Positions 44,118 to 55,020 of a stretch of DNA of 64,000 nt are shown here, in pieces. The notes beneath the pieces are model-generated. The model searched no databases and had not been told where the DNA came from. It saw only the letters and a list, made by a program, of their open reading frames with translations. The position numbers and the translations under genes were made by a program. Within the stretch, counting starts at the first letter, position 1; every line of letters begins with the position of its first letter. Source of the stretch: Candidatus Methylomirabilia bacterium (GTDB lineage: Bacteria > Methylomirabilota > Methylomirabilia > Rokubacteriales > CSP1-6); the NCBI GenBank assembly GCA_041496385.1, contig JBGQEL010000001.1, positions 58,495 through 122,494 on the forward strand, read 5' to 3'.

Positions 44118-44320
44118 GGTGGAAAACGTGTGCACAACCCGGCCAGTCGCCGGTGGATCCGCCGCGTCCGCGGATTTTCATCCCCGGGTCGCTCGTCGGC
44201 TTCTCCACCGGCCGCCGGCCATCTTAAAAGCTGGCGGTTGTCCACCGACGACGGCCTCACCTACTACTCCTGACTTTGCTGTTCTCCCGCTCAAAGAGCA
44301 GAAACAACACTTAGAAGGGC
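44118..44320. other. Putative phage replication origin (DnaA-box-like cluster, CTA trios, AT-richer tract)
   Basis: TTTTCCACC (rc 44118-26), TTGTGCACA (rc 44129-37), TTCTCCACC 44201-09, TTGTCCACC 44238-46, CTACTACT 44261-68. Confidence 0.55.
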
Positions 44321-45387
44321 GGGCCCCGTGAGCCTCGGCGAGCGCCGGAAGATCCTGGTCCGCGTGCGCGCGCTGATCGACGGCCTCGAGCTGCCCGTGT
44401 CGGAGATCGCCGAGCTCCGGCGTGTCTACTGCAACGACCACCCGCTCGACGCGGCGACCGAGGAGGAGCTGCGGGCGCTTGAGCGCTGGCTCTACGCCCG
44501 CTGTCGAGCGCTGGTCGACTCGAAAGCCGCGCAACGGGAAGCCTGGGATCGCCAGCTCGAGCGCCGGCCGCTCGTGAAAGCGCCGCGGCGCGAGGAGCCG
44601 CCGGCGGCGGAGAAGACGGGGACGGCATGAATCATTTCGCCTTCCATGTCCTCCGAACCGACGTTCGGTTTCCGAGTAGCCCCGCCAGCGGCGCCCCCGA
44701 CTGTCTCTGCTCCCGGTGTGGGATACCGATCGCCGAGTCGTCCACGCCGATCGTCCGCGTCCGTGAGCACGAGGCCGGCCGCGGCGCGACATTCCTGGGC
44801 GAGTTCCGGTACTGCCCGACGTGCGTCGAGAAGCTTCAGCGCGTGGAGCAGCCATGAGCGGGCGGTGCCCAACCTGCGGCCGCCGTCTGGTCCTGACGAA
44901 GACCGCGGTCCTGCGGCGTCACCGGCGCCCCGATCGCCGACCCTGCCCGGGCGCCGGCCAGCCGGCGCGCGGGCTGGCGCGCCTGGCGCGCCAGCTGTCG
45001 AAGATCGGAAGGATCTACGAGTCGTGAGCGCACAGGCCGACTTTCTGGCCGGCTACGTTACGGGGATTGTGCTTCGAGAGCAGCAGGTCGGCGCGTTGCC
45101 GCTAAAGGTGGAGAGCATCGAGTGCCACGAGGAGATGGTTCCCCCGTACACAGACCTGCGCCTGAAGAGCGGCCGAGTGCTCAGGATCGTCGTGCTCGAC
45201 GTGCAACCATGACGGCCCGCATCGCGGCGGCCCTGGTCCTGGTGTCGTTCGTCGTGCTCGTTAGCTCCATAGCTCTACCGTCGCTGCGCCCGTCGCGGGA
45301 GTGGTACGTCGAGCGGGTCGTGGTCGGCGCCGTGTGCTGCTTGGCCTCTTTCTCACTGATTCTCGCGGTCTTCGTCCTGTGGCCCTG

Positions 45388-45747
45388 ATGACCGAGTACC
45401 TGACGCTCCCGGAGCTCGCCGCGTACGCGCGGATCTCCGTACGCCAGCTCCGGAAGTATCTCGCGCTCCCGCCCGGCCAGGCGCTCCCGTGCTATCGACC
45501 AGGCCGGCGCGTCCTCATTCGCCGTGGAGACTTCGACGCCTGGTTCCAGCAGTACCGCACGCGCGGCAAGGCCGTCGTCGCGCGCGTGCTCCACGAGCTC
45601 GGCCTGGATCCGCTTCGCGAGCTGCGGAAGCCCCAGGCCCTCATGAGCGCCCGCAATCCCGCGGGCCACGGCGCGCGGCCGTCCCCCGGCAAGGGTTTGC
45701 TCGACGGCCGCGCGCCGTCCATTCCAGCGGAGAGGAGACGCGCATGA
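45388..45747 (+). CDS. Excisionase-like HTH protein
   Basis: YLTLPELAAYARISVRQLRKY...LPCYRPGRRVLIRRGDFDAW. Confidence 0.82.
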   Translation: MTEYLTLPELAAYARISVRQLRKYLALPPGQALPCYRPGRRVLIRRGDFDAWFQQYRTRGKAVVARVLHELGLDPLRELRKPQALMSARNPAGHGARPSPGKGLLDGRAPSIPAERRRA

Positions 45748-45914
45748 GGGGACTCGACGCCTGGCCGGGCGACGATTTCGGAGATCCGGAGCAGGAGGAT
45801 TTCGCCGAGGCCGACGACGGGCCGCGGTGTCGCGTGTGCGGCTGCTCTGACGACAACGCCTGCGAGGGCGGCTGCGTGTGGGCGACGCCGGATCTCTGCT
45901 CGCGGTGCGTATGA
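45744..45914 (+). CDS. Small Cys-rich phage protein
   Basis: CRVCGCSDDNACEGGCVW...DLCSRC; AGGAG RBS. Confidence 0.7.
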   Translation: MRGLDAWPGDDFGDPEQEDFAEADDGPRCRVCGCSDDNACEGGCVWATPDLCSRCV

Positions 45915-46155
45915 ACGACTGCGCGAATCCGGCGTGCCGGGCCCGCGAAGCCGAGCTCCAAGAGTTCCAGCTCGCGCTCGGCGGCGTCGCCTGGAACATG
46001 CGGACGAAACTCCGGGTGCTCGAGGCGCTCGCCGCTCTCAAGGAGGACGACGTCCTGGCGCGCGCGTGGAGGACCCTGCTCGACGATCTCGGGCTGTTCG
46101 ACGAGGAGATCGCCGCCTGGCTGACGACCCCGGAAGGCCTGGCGGCGACCGCGCG

Positions 46156-46803
46156 GTGAAGGTCGAAGCCGCGCAGCGCTACCCGCTCTCCTGGCCGGCC
46201 GGCTGGAAGCGGACGACGGCTCGCGAGCGGAAGGGCGCCCACTTTCGACGGAGCATCCGCGGCGTGGATCCGAAGACGGGCCAGATCGTCGCCGGCGCCA
46301 GCGAGCGCGCCCTCACGGTGTCGGACGCGCTCGAGCGGCTCGAGCAGCAGCTGCGGCTGCTCGGCGCGGTCGCCGAGATCCTCAGTACGAACGTGCCGGT
46401 CCGGCTCTCGGGTCTGCCGGCGTCCGGCCAGCGCGAGCCCGACGATCCGGGCGCCGCTATCTATTTCCAGCTCTTGAAGAAGGACCAGGTCCTCGCCTGC
46501 GATCGCTGGAAGCGCGTCGCCGACAACATCGCGGCGATCGCGCTCCACGTCGACGCCGTGCGGCGCATCGAGCGGTACGGCGTGGGCACGCTCGAGCAGG
46601 CCTTCGCCGGCTACACCGCGATCGGCCCGGCGCCGGTCGAATGGTGGCTAATCCTCGGCGTGAAAGCGGACGCGACCCTCGACCAGGTCGAGGAAGCCTT
46701 CCGCGCGCTCGCGCGCGAGCACCACCCGGACCGCGGCGGGGATCCTGAGCGCATGAAGCAGCTCACGGCCGCGCGCGCGTGCGCGCGCCAGGCGCTCGCG
46801 TGA
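46156..46803 (+). CDS. Phage J-domain protein
   Basis: YPLSWPAGWKRT N-terminus; C-terminal WWLILGV...AFRALAREHHPDRGG. Confidence 0.85.
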   Translation: MKVEAAQRYPLSWPAGWKRTTARERKGAHFRRSIRGVDPKTGQIVAGASERALTVSDALERLEQQLRLLGAVAEILSTNVPVRLSGLPASGQREPDDPGAAIYFQLLKKDQVLACDRWKRVADNIAAIALHVDAVRRIERYGVGTLEQAFAGYTAIGPAPVEWWLILGVKADATLDQVEEAFRALAREHHPDRGGDPERMKQLTAARACARQALA

Positions 46804-48582
46804 GGACGTGGCTCAGGGCGTGGGGTCCGCTGATCGGGACACTCCTCTGCTCGTTCTGTCTCGCCGCCGGCGCCGGCATCGCGATCGGGCGCCTGACCGG
46901 GCGCCCGCTTGAGAAGCCGCCGGCGAGGATCTGCACCGGGCCGGCGGTGGCGAATGGAAGGCAGGCGTGCGTCGACATCCTGCCCGGTCAGACGATCCAC
47001 ATCGTCGAGCCGGAGTGCCCGCGCAGCATGATCCGCGGGATCCAGCGACTCGGCGCGGCCGCTCGATGATCCACAAAGGTCGACGGCGGGCGTGGCGGTG
47101 CGCGCGGCGGCCGTGGATCCTGCGCGCGTACGGCGCACGCTGGTGTCAGCGCTGCCACGAGGACGTAGGCGTCAAGATCCCGGCCGGTTCGCGCGAGGTC
47201 TACGACTTCGAGCTGCTGCACACGCTCTGCGAGGCGCCGTGAACAGCCCCGCGGAGCGCGAGCTGATCACGAAGACGCTCGACTGGGCCACGACCGCCCT
47301 GCAGCGCACCCTCGAGGAGTACATCGCGCGCACCACCGTCGAGCTCGAGCGTTGGCCGGCGCTCGAGCGCATCGGGCCGGATCGCGCGGCGCTGATCATC
47401 TGGCGCGCCTGGGGGCATGCGCTCCGGATCGGGGCGGCCGTGGCCCTGAAGCGATCACCGGACTTCGACAAGGACCGGGCGGCGCTCGCCGCGGATCCCT
47501 CGAAGCGGGAGAAGGTCGACGCCCTGAAGAAGCGCCTGGGCGAGCTCGAGCAGCTCTTCCGGCTGGGCGAAATGGATCAGCGTTCATGAAGGGCGCGCTC
47601 CGGGCCCGGCCGCAGCGGCTCGACAAGCTGGTCGACCATCATGTCTCGAGGATCCACCGGGTCCTCGTCGAGATCTCGGCTGGCCGGCTCACGCCGGCGC
47701 GCGCCTTCACGGCCCTGGTCCCGATCGTCCACGATCCGCGCGTGGCGCGCGAGCTCGTCGACGACTGGCGCCGGGTCCTCGAGCAGCTCCGCAAGCCGGC
47801 GCCATGAAGCTCGAGCTCCGCCTGGTCGACGACGCCGGCGTCCTGGTGACGGCCGCGGCGATCGAGCTCCCGAACGACGAGCGCATCGGCCGCGAGGTCT
47901 TCCTGGTCCTCGAGGGTCACCTCGCCTGGATCAAGACGTGCCTCGAGATCGCCGACGCGAGCCGGCGCGAGCCCATGGAGCCCATGTGAGCGACCAGATC
48001 GAGCTGCCGGGCGTGCTGCGGGCGCGGCCGCGCTACGAACCGCCGACGATCGCCCAGGTCCCGGGGCCGGAGCAGATCGCGCGGATTCGCCGCTCCATGG
48101 CGGAGCGCCGGCTGCAGATGCTCCTCAACCAGGCGGCCGCCTATCTGATCATCAAGGCCGCCGGACCAGGCAACGGAGGCGGGTAGTGAGGTCCTTCTGG
48201 CGCAAGGACGTGGCGGAACGTCGATGGTTCATCGAGATCATCGTGTCGTACTCAATCCGCCTGCGGTACCGCTACAGCAGTGAAGCTCAGGCGCTTGCCG
48301 CATTCCTTGAGCTCGGCCGCCAGCTCGCGGACGGGCAGCAATTCCTGGTCGTAGACGAGCGCGCGCGCATCCGGGCGGAGGACGTCGCAGCGCTCGAGAT
48401 TGGCTGGCTAGACGAATGACCGGCCCGCTCCTGGTGGAGCCCTGCCCGCGCTGCGGCCGCGCGCGGACCACGGTCGTCGACACGCGCCGCGGCGAGGCCG
48501 TCCCGGTCTGCCCCTGCTGCGGCGGCGGGCCGCTCGAGCGCGATCGCGGCTGCAAGCACGAACAAAAAAGAGACGGATCCGG

Positions 48583-49797
48583 ATGATCGCGGTGGACACT
48601 CGTCTCAGTGCACACGAACAGGATCCGCCCGTGAAGGGCGCCGGCACGATCACCGCGACGTACGTGCGGTGGCGGCGTTCGAAGTGGCGGGTCCTGATCC
48701 GGCCGGCCAACGCCCCACGGATCACGCGCGTCGTCGAGACCGAAGAGGACGCGATCGACCTGGTCCGGCACTTCAACCGACTCGGGCTCGCCGGCGTCGA
48801 CCTCGGCCAGGCGCTCGCGGAGGCGAAGAGCGATCGCGCGCGCGCGTACCCGCCGCTGCGCGAGGTCCTCCCGGTCTTCCTCGACGAGCAGGTGGAGCTC
48901 GGCAATCTCCGCCTGAGCACGGCCCGCGCCTACAAGAACCGGCTCGCGACCTGGTGCTATCCGCGCGTGGGCGCCCTGCCCTGGAACACGATCACGCGCG
49001 AGGAGCTCGGCGACGTGCTCCTCGCGATCCGCAAGGCCGGCAAGTCGGCGGCGAGCCTGGAACAGATCCGCTGCCCGCTGACAAAGTTCTATCAGTGGGA
49101 AATGAACGTGCGGCGCTGGCCGGGCCCGAATCCCGCCGGCGATCTGAAGTTCTTCCTCGGCAAGCAACCCTCGAAGCGCGGCCGCAAGCGCGATGTCCAG
49201 TGGTTCCGCCGCGAGGAGGCCCGCGATCTCGTGAAGGTCTGCCAGGCGCTCCGGCCGCGGTGGACCGCGTTCCTACGTCTCTGCTTCGGCGGCGGCCTGC
49301 GCTGGGGCGAGGCGACGGCGCTCGAGCGCCGAGATCTCGACTGGACGCGCGGCCGCGTCCACGTGGAACGCACCTGGTCGGAGGACGGCAGCCGCTTCGA
49401 GCCCTGCAAGGACGGCGAGGACCGCTGGGTCAAGCTGCCGGCGGCCGCGCTCGAGGCGCTCCGCGCCCACGTGGAGAGCATGGAGCTCGAGGGCAGCGTC
49501 ATGGAGTGGACCACGCGCGCGCTGGTCTTTCCGAACAGCGTCGGGCGCGTGACGCGCTACGGAACGTTCCTCGAGCACGTCTGGCAGCCGCTCCTCGCCG
49601 CGGCGAAGCTCCCCTACCGCAAGCCCCACGCGATGCGACACTCGTACGCGACGTGGCTCCTCGAGGAGGGCGTCGATCTTCGCTGGGTGAAGGACCAGAT
49701 GGGGCACAGCTCGATCGAGGAGACGGAAGGCACCTACGGCCATCTCGAGGCCGAGCGCCACGAGCGGCGCGTCGATCTCGACGGGATCCTCGGGTGA
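48583..49797 (+). CDS. int: Tyrosine integrase
   Basis: Catalytic R (GLRWGE), K, HAMRH, MGH, TYGH; next to the tRNA att site. Confidence 0.95.
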   Translation: MIAVDTRLSAHEQDPPVKGAGTITATYVRWRRSKWRVLIRPANAPRITRVVETEEDAIDLVRHFNRLGLAGVDLGQALAEAKSDRARAYPPLREVLPVFLDEQVELGNLRLSTARAYKNRLATWCYPRVGALPWNTITREELGDVLLAIRKAGKSAASLEQIRCPLTKFYQWEMNVRRWPGPNPAGDLKFFLGKQPSKRGRKRDVQWFRREEARDLVKVCQALRPRWTAFLRLCFGGGLRWGEATALERRDLDWTRGRVHVERTWSEDGSRFEPCKDGEDRWVKLPAAALEALRAHVESMELEGSVMEWTTRALVFPNSVGRVTRYGTFLEHVWQPLLAAAKLPYRKPHAMRHSYATWLLEEGVDLRWVKDQMGHSSIEETEGTYGHLEAERHERRVDLDGILG

Positions 49798-49810
49798 AAG
49801 GCCAGGCGGA

Positions 49811-50254
49811 GTGAACCGCTTTCAGGTCGGCGATCGTGTTCGATCCACAGTCCGGATGGCGGGGAGCCGCTACGGCGAGCTCGTCAAGCTGACAGCCCAC
49901 CCGTCCCGCGTCCGCGTCCTCTGGTACGGGACGAAGGTCCCGCAGCTTTGTTGGACGGCCGACCTCGAGCTGGATGAGCGGCTCCTGGCCCGCTCCCCGA
50001 AGGCCCGGTGTCCGAGGTGCGGGAAGCGCGTCGCCCGCCGAAAGGCCGGCCAGCTCCGGGAGCACGAGCGCTGGCGGCTGTCCAAGACCGGCGGGCGCTA
50101 CGATGTGCGCATGTGTGGCGGCAGCGGCCTCACGGTGAAGCAGGCCCGGCCGTCGACAAATCGGCGCCTGCCAGCTCGCGATTTGTTCTTCAAGGTCCGA
50201 CGATCGGTCACTCCCCGTCCACATACGTCCACGGGCACCGGCGATGCTGGCTAA
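49811..50254 (+). CDS. Hypothetical protein (SH3-like N-terminus + zinc ribbon)
   Basis: FQVGDRVR...; CPRCG...H...CGGSG. Confidence 0.5.
   Translation: MNRFQVGDRVRSTVRMAGSRYGELVKLTAHPSRVRVLWYGTKVPQLCWTADLELDERLLARSPKARCPRCGKRVARRKAGQLREHERWRLSKTGGRYDVRMCGGSGLTVKQARPSTNRRLPARDLFFKVRRSVTPRPHTSTGTGDAG
50216..50234. repeat. Putative integrase arm-type site CGTCCACATACGTCCACGG
   Basis: 18/19 identical to 17203-17221. Confidence 0.6.
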
Positions 50255-50271
50255 GTGCCCGAGGACGTGGA

Positions 50272-50347
50272 TGGTGGAGGGTAAGGGATTCGAACCCTCG
50301 ACCTCGGCGTTGCGAACGCCGCGCTCTCCCAACTGAGCTAACCCCCC
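50272..50347 (-). tRNA. tRNA-Ala (anticodon CGC); prophage integration site (att core 50271-50291)
   Basis: 76-nt cloverleaf GGGGGGTTAGCTCAG...CGGCG-TTCGCAA-CGCCG...GGTTCGAATCCCTTACCCTCCACCA with G3:U70. Confidence 0.97.
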
Positions 50348-50374
50348 GAGGTCACGAAACCAGCGTATTTTACC

Positions 50375-51181
50375 TCACGACTTGGCGCCGTCGTCGCCCT
50401 TGTTGAAGGCGCGCAGCAGCGGCCCGAACAGATCGAGGGGCAGCGGGAAGAAGGTCGTCGTGGAGCGCTCGGAGGCGATCTCCCGCATGGTCTGTAGATA
50501 ACGGAGCTGGACGGCGATCGGGTGCCGGGTTAGGACCTCGGCCGCCTCGGAGAGCTTGGCCGCCGCCTGGAACTCGCCGTCGGCGTTGATCACCTTCGCC
50601 CGGCGTTCGCGCTCGGCCTCGGCTTGCTTGGCCATGGCGCGCTGCATGTCCTGGGGCAGGTCGATCTGCTTGACCTCGACCGTCGCGACCTTGATGCCCC
50701 ACGGCTCCGTGTGCTCGTCGATGATCCGCTGGAGCTGCTGGTTGATCTTGTCCCGCGCCGAGAGCAGGTCGTCCAGCTCGACCTGGCCCAGCACGCTGCG
50801 CAGCGTCGTCTGCGCGATCTGCGACGTCGCGTAGAGGTAGTCCTGGACGGCGATGACCGCCCGCTCGGGATCGACGACGCGGAAGTAGATGACCGCGCTC
50901 ACCTTGAGCGAGACGTTGTCGCGCGTGATCACGTCCTGCGGCGCGACATCGAGGGCGACCGTCTGGAGGCTGACCTTCACCATCTTGTCGATGAAGGGCA
51001 CGAGCAGGACCAGCCCCGGCCCGTTCCCCTGCCCGCCCGGGTTGAGGATCGCCCGCGTGCTCCGGCCCAGGCGGAAGATGACCGCGCGCTCGTATTCGCG
51101 CAGGATCTTCGCGAAGGACCCGATGAAGAAGATGACCGCGAACACCACGACGAGGACCACCAGTGAGTCGATCGAGATCAT
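50375..51181 (-). CDS. SPFH/stomatin (slipin) family protein
   Basis: [47 protein letters not shown]. Confidence 0.95.
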   Translation of the reverse strand: MISIDSLVVLVVVFAVIFFIGSFAKILREYERAVIFRLGRSTRAILNPGGQGNGPGLVLLVPFIDKMVKVSLQTVALDVAPQDVITRDNVSLKVSAVIYFRVVDPERAVIAVQDYLYATSQIAQTTLRSVLGQVELDDLLSARDKINQQLQRIIDEHTEPWGIKVATVEVKQIDLPQDMQRAMAKQAEAERERRAKVINADGEFQAAAKLSEAAEVLTRHPIAVQLRYLQTMREIASERSTTTFFPLPLDLFGPLLRAFNKGDDGAKS

Positions 51182-52476
51182 GGGTTGCTCTCCTTCACGT
51201 CGGCCTTGCCGACCCTCAGCGTGAGTCCGTCGACGGCGAGCACGCGCACCTCCGCACCGGGCTCGAGCGGTCCCCCGTCCACCACCGCGCGCCACAGCTC
51301 GCCCTGGACCAGCACGTGCCCCTCGGGCGCGAGCCGCTCCTTCGCGACGCCGAGCCGCCCGACGAGCCCGCTCGGACCGCGGAGCGGTCGCCCGGTCAGC
51401 GCGCGCACGCCGGCCGCGACGACGAAGAGGAAGATCCCCGCGGTGAGGCCGACCATCGGGACGATCGCCCACCACGAGACGCGGAAGCCCACCTCGGGGG
51501 CGTCGAAGAGCATGAGCGAGCCGAACGCCATCGAGACGATGCCCCCGATCGCGAGGATGCCGTGGCTGACGATCTTGATCTCGGCGATGAACAGCACGAT
51601 GCCGAACAGGATCAGCAGCACGCCGGCGTAGTTGATCGGCAGGCTCTGGAAGGCGAAGAACGCCAGGATGAGCGAGATGCCGCCGATGACGCCGGGCAGC
51701 ACGACGCCCGGGTTCGACAGCTCGAAGAAGAGCCCGAGCATCCCGAGCATCATCAGGATATAGGCCACGTTCGGATCGGTGATGATGTTCAGCACGCGGT
51801 CGCGGAAGCCGATCTCGATCGGTTTCAGCGGGGCCCCGCGCGTGGCAAGCGTCACCGTGCCCTTCGGCAGCTTGACGACGCGCCCGTCCGCCTTGTCGAG
51901 CAGGTCGGGAATCGAGTCGGCGATGAAGTCCACGACCTTGAGCTTGACCGCCTCGCGCTCGGTGATCGAGACGGCCTGGCGCACGGCCTTCTCCGCCCAG
52001 TCGGCGTTGCGCCCGCGCTCGACCGCGATCGTGCGGATGAACGCCGCGGCGTCGTTCTCGATCTTCTTCAGCAAGGTCTTGTCGGCACTGCCGCCCATGA
52101 TCACCGGCGAGGCCGCGCCGATGTTCGTCGCGGGCGCCATCGCCGCCACGTGGCCCGCCATCGTGATGAAGACGCCCGCCGAGGCGGCACGCGCCCCCGT
52201 CGGGCCGACGAAGACGAGGACGGGCACCTCGGCGTTCAGCAGTCGCTGGACGATCGAGCGCATGGACCGCTCGAGACCGCCGGGTGTGTCGAGCTGGATG
52301 ACCAGCGCCTGGGCGCGGTCGGCCTGGGCGCGGTCGATCGCCAGACCGACGAGGCGGAGCGTCACCGGGCTGATGACGCCCTCGATCTCGATCGTGGCCA
52401 CGGGCGCGGGGGCTGCGGAGACGACCGCCGGCACCAGAAGCAGCGCGGCGGCGAGCGGCGCGGCGAGTCTTCTCAT
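51178..52476 (-). CDS. nfeD: NfeD membrane-bound serine protease (long form)
   Basis: LDTPGG, AASAG, TNIGAA, KKIENDA, GELWRA; paired with SPFH. Confidence 0.93.
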   Translation of the reverse strand: MRRLAAPLAAALLLVPAVVSAAPAPVATIEIEGVISPVTLRLVGLAIDRAQADRAQALVIQLDTPGGLERSMRSIVQRLLNAEVPVLVFVGPTGARAASAGVFITMAGHVAAMAPATNIGAASPVIMGGSADKTLLKKIENDAAAFIRTIAVERGRNADWAEKAVRQAVSITEREAVKLKVVDFIADSIPDLLDKADGRVVKLPKGTVTLATRGAPLKPIEIGFRDRVLNIITDPNVAYILMMLGMLGLFFELSNPGVVLPGVIGGISLILAFFAFQSLPINYAGVLLILFGIVLFIAEIKIVSHGILAIGGIVSMAFGSLMLFDAPEVGFRVSWWAIVPMVGLTAGIFLFVVAAGVRALTGRPLRGPSGLVGRLGVAKERLAPEGHVLVQGELWRAVVDGGPLEPGAEVRVLAVDGLTLRVGKADVKESNP

Positions 52477-53411
52477 CGCTGCCGCGCCAGCACGCTCACG
52501 AGCTCGAACATGAGGTTCGCGGCGAGCAGCGAGGTGATCTGCCCGGTCCCGTCGTACGGCGGAGAAACCTCGACGACGTCCGCGCCGGCCAGCGTGAGTG
52601 CGGTGAGCGCCCGCACGAGCACGAGGGCCTGATACGAGGTCAGCCCGCCGACCTCCGGCGTTCCGGTGGCGGGCGCGTAGGCGGGATCCACGGCGTCAAT
52701 GTCGAACGAGCAGTAGACCGGACCGCCGCGCAGACGCTCGAGCCGCTCCGCGGCCCACGCGGTCCCGTGCTCCATGACCGCCTCGATCCGGATCACCTCG
52801 ATCCCGTGGCGGTCGTGGAAGGCGAAGTCGTCGGCGCCGTAGAGCGGGCCGCGGATGCCGATCTGGATCATCCGCTTCGGGTCCACGAGCCCCTCCTCCA
52901 CCGCCCGGCGGAAGGGGGTTCCGTGGAAGAACTTCGAGCCGAAGTATTCGTCCCAGGTGTCCGGGTGGGCGTCGAAGTGGACGAGCCCGAGCGGCCCGTG
53001 ACGTCGCGCCAGGGAGCGGAGGATCGGCAGCGTGACCGAGTGGTCGCCGCCCACGCAGACCGGCAACGCGCCGTCGCCCGTGACCTCGTCGATCCGGCGC
53101 TCGATCGAGGCATAGGTGCGCTCGATCGAGATCGGCACCACGTCGACGTCGCCGCAGTCGGCGACGCGGAGCTTCTCGAAGGGGTGGACCTTGAGCACCG
53201 GGTTCCAGGGCCGGATGAGCGAGGATTGCTCCCGGATGGCGCGCGGACCGAATCGCGCGCCCGTCCGGTAGGACGTCCCGCCGTCGTACGGGATGCCGAG
53301 CAACGCGACATCCAGTCCCCGGGCGCTCGCGGCCAGCGGCAGGAGCATGAAGGTCGCCACCTGTCCGAATCGGGGGGACACGAAGGCATCGCGAGGTCCG
53401 GGGTGATCCAC
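52473..53411 (-). CDS. speB: Agmatinase / ureohydrolase
   Basis: [40 protein letters not shown]. Confidence 0.9.
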   Translation of the reverse strand: MDHPGPRDAFVSPRFGQVATFMLLPLAASARGLDVALLGIPYDGGTSYRTGARFGPRAIREQSSLIRPWNPVLKVHPFEKLRVADCGDVDVVPISIERTYASIERRIDEVTGDGALPVCVGGDHSVTLPILRSLARRHGPLGLVHFDAHPDTWDEYFGSKFFHGTPFRRAVEEGLVDPKRMIQIGIRGPLYGADDFAFHDRHGIEVIRIEAVMEHGTAWAAERLERLRGGPVYCSFDIDAVDPAYAPATGTPEVGGLTSYQALVLVRALTALTLAGADVVEVSPPYDGTGQITSLLAANLMFELVSVLARQR

Positions 53412-53422
53412 GGAGGGCCCGT

Positions 53423-54640
53423 CTAAAGCGAGGTCCGGAGGCCGGCGACCGCGCGAAGGAGCTGCTCGACCTCCTCCGCGGAGGTGAAGACCGAGAAGCT
53501 CGCCCGCGAGGTCCCGACGACGCCCAGCCGGCGCATCAACGGCATCGCGCAGTGGTGCCCGGCGCGGACGCCGATGCCGTCGGCGTCGAGAAGGGCCGCG
53601 ACGTCGTGCGGGTGCAGGCCCTCCACCGCGAAGGCGACGACGGCGCCGCGATCCACCGCCGCGGGCGGCCCGAACACCGTGACCCCGGGAATCGCCGCCA
53701 GCCCCTCCAGAGCCCGGCGCGTGAGCGCGCGCTCGTGCTCCGCCACGCGCTCCATGCCGAGCTTCTCGAGGTATTCGATCGCGGCGGTGAGCCCGACCGC
53801 CTCGGCGATGGGCGGCGTGCCGGGCTCGAACCGCCAGGGCAGGTCGTTCCACTGGGCGCGGTCGATCCAGACTTCCTTGATCATCTCGCCGCCGCCCCGC
53901 GTGGGCTCGAGGCGCTCGAGCAACTCCTGCCGCCCGTAGAGGACCCCGATCCCGGTCGGGCCCAGCATCTTGTGCGGCGAGAAGACGTAATAGTCACACC
54001 CCAACACCGACATATCCAGCATGAGGTGAGGGGCGGCTTGAGCGCCGTCCACGACCGTGATCGCCCCGACCCGACGTGCGCGTCGCGCGATCTCGGCCAC
54101 GGGATTGATCGTGCCGAGGACGTTGGACACGTGCGCGAGGGCGACGACGCGCGTGCGCGCTCCCAGGAGCCGGTCGAGGGCCTCGAGGTCGAGCAGCCCC
54201 TGGCCCGTCACGGGAACCGCGGCGAGCGTGAGCCGCTGCCGTCGCGCCGCCATCTGCCAGGGAATGAGGTTCGAGTGGTGCTCCATCTCCGTCACGAGAA
54301 TCTCGTCGCCCGGCGCGAGACTCCGGCACACGGCGTCGGCGAGGAGGTTCAGCCCGTCGCTCGTCCCGCGCGTGAACACGATCTCCTCGCGCCGCGCGGC
54401 GCCGATGAAGCGCTGAACACGGTCGCGCGCCGCCTCGTAGAGCTCCGTCGCCTCCTCGCCGAGGGTGTGGATCGAGCGGTGGACGTTGGCGTGGCTCCGC
54501 TCGTAGTACTGGCTCATCGCCTCGATGACGCTCCGGGGCTTCTGGCTCGAAGCGGCCGAGTCGAGGTAGACGAGCGGATGGCCGTTGATCGTCCGCGAGA
54601 GGATCGGAAAGTCAGGCCGGGTCTTCTCGTCGAGCCTCAT
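53423..54640 (-). CDS. sufS: SufS-type cysteine desulfurase
   Basis: YLDSAASSQKP, EHHSN, DGAQ, SPHKMLGPTG, RAGHHCA. Confidence 0.92.
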   Translation of the reverse strand: MRLDEKTRPDFPILSRTINGHPLVYLDSAASSQKPRSVIEAMSQYYERSHANVHRSIHTLGEEATELYEAARDRVQRFIGAARREEIVFTRGTSDGLNLLADAVCRSLAPGDEILVTEMEHHSNLIPWQMAARRQRLTLAAVPVTGQGLLDLEALDRLLGARTRVVALAHVSNVLGTINPVAEIARRARRVGAITVVDGAQAAPHLMLDMSVLGCDYYVFSPHKMLGPTGIGVLYGRQELLERLEPTRGGGEMIKEVWIDRAQWNDLPWRFEPGTPPIAEAVGLTAAIEYLEKLGMERVAEHERALTRRALEGLAAIPGVTVFGPPAAVDRGAVVAFAVEGLHPHDVAALLDADGIGVRAGHHCAMPLMRRLGVVGTSRASFSVFTSAEEVEQLLRAVAGLRTSL

Positions 54641-55020
54641 CTCGCACCGTCGCCGTCGAGCGCCAGCCCCAGCACCGAGAGCGGCAGCGTCACGCACCGC
54701 ATCCGTGTCGGCCGGATGTCCGCCTGCAGCACCGTCAGGAGATCGGCGGCATCGAGCCGTCGTGCCTCGGCGACGGAGCGGCCCGTGACCAGCTCCGCCA
54801 GGACGTCGGCCGACGCGGCGCAGATCGCGCACGAGTCTCCCGCGAACCGCGCCGCGGCCACGCGCCCGTCGCCCACGCTGAGCATGAGCCGGATGCGGTC
54901 ACCGCAGAGCGGGTTGACGTCCTCGGCGACGGCGTTGGCTCCCGGCAGCTCCCCGCGGAACCGGGGTTGCCGCCAGCGCGCCCGGATCGCGTCGCTGTAC
55001 GGCCCCGCCTGCACTGTCAC
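54637..55020 (-). CDS. SufU/IscU-like sulfur acceptor
   Basis: NPLCGD, SCAICAASA, RMRCV. Confidence 0.85.
   Translation of the reverse strand: MTVQAGPYSDAIRARWRQPRFRGELPGANAVAEDVNPLCGDRIRLMLSVGDGRVAAARFAGDSCAICAASADVLAELVTGRSVAEARRLDAADLLTVLQADIRPTRMRCVTLPLSVLGLALDGDGAR

Larger units (their letters stand above)
44328..48586 (+). other. Early-region train of about 17 small translationally coupled hypothetical ORFs, many Cys-rich
   Basis: Successive ATGA/GTGA overlaps (44328, 44627, 44854, 45024, 45209, 45911, 46800, 47066, 47239, 47586, 47804, 47986 ...). Confidence 0.7.
17084..50291. mobile_element. Prophage, ~33.2 kb, integrated in tRNA-Ala; predicted tailless (jelly-roll capsid) virus
   Basis: Identical 21-bp direct repeats at both ends matching the tRNA 3' end; tyrosine integrase near the tRNA; dense overlapping phage-like ORFs, lysis genes, genetic switch. 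Confidence 0.93.

Noticed and set aside
44053..44331. 92-aa ORF across the putative origin
   Set aside because: Atypical codon usage and composition; better explained as regulatory DNA, though coding is not excluded
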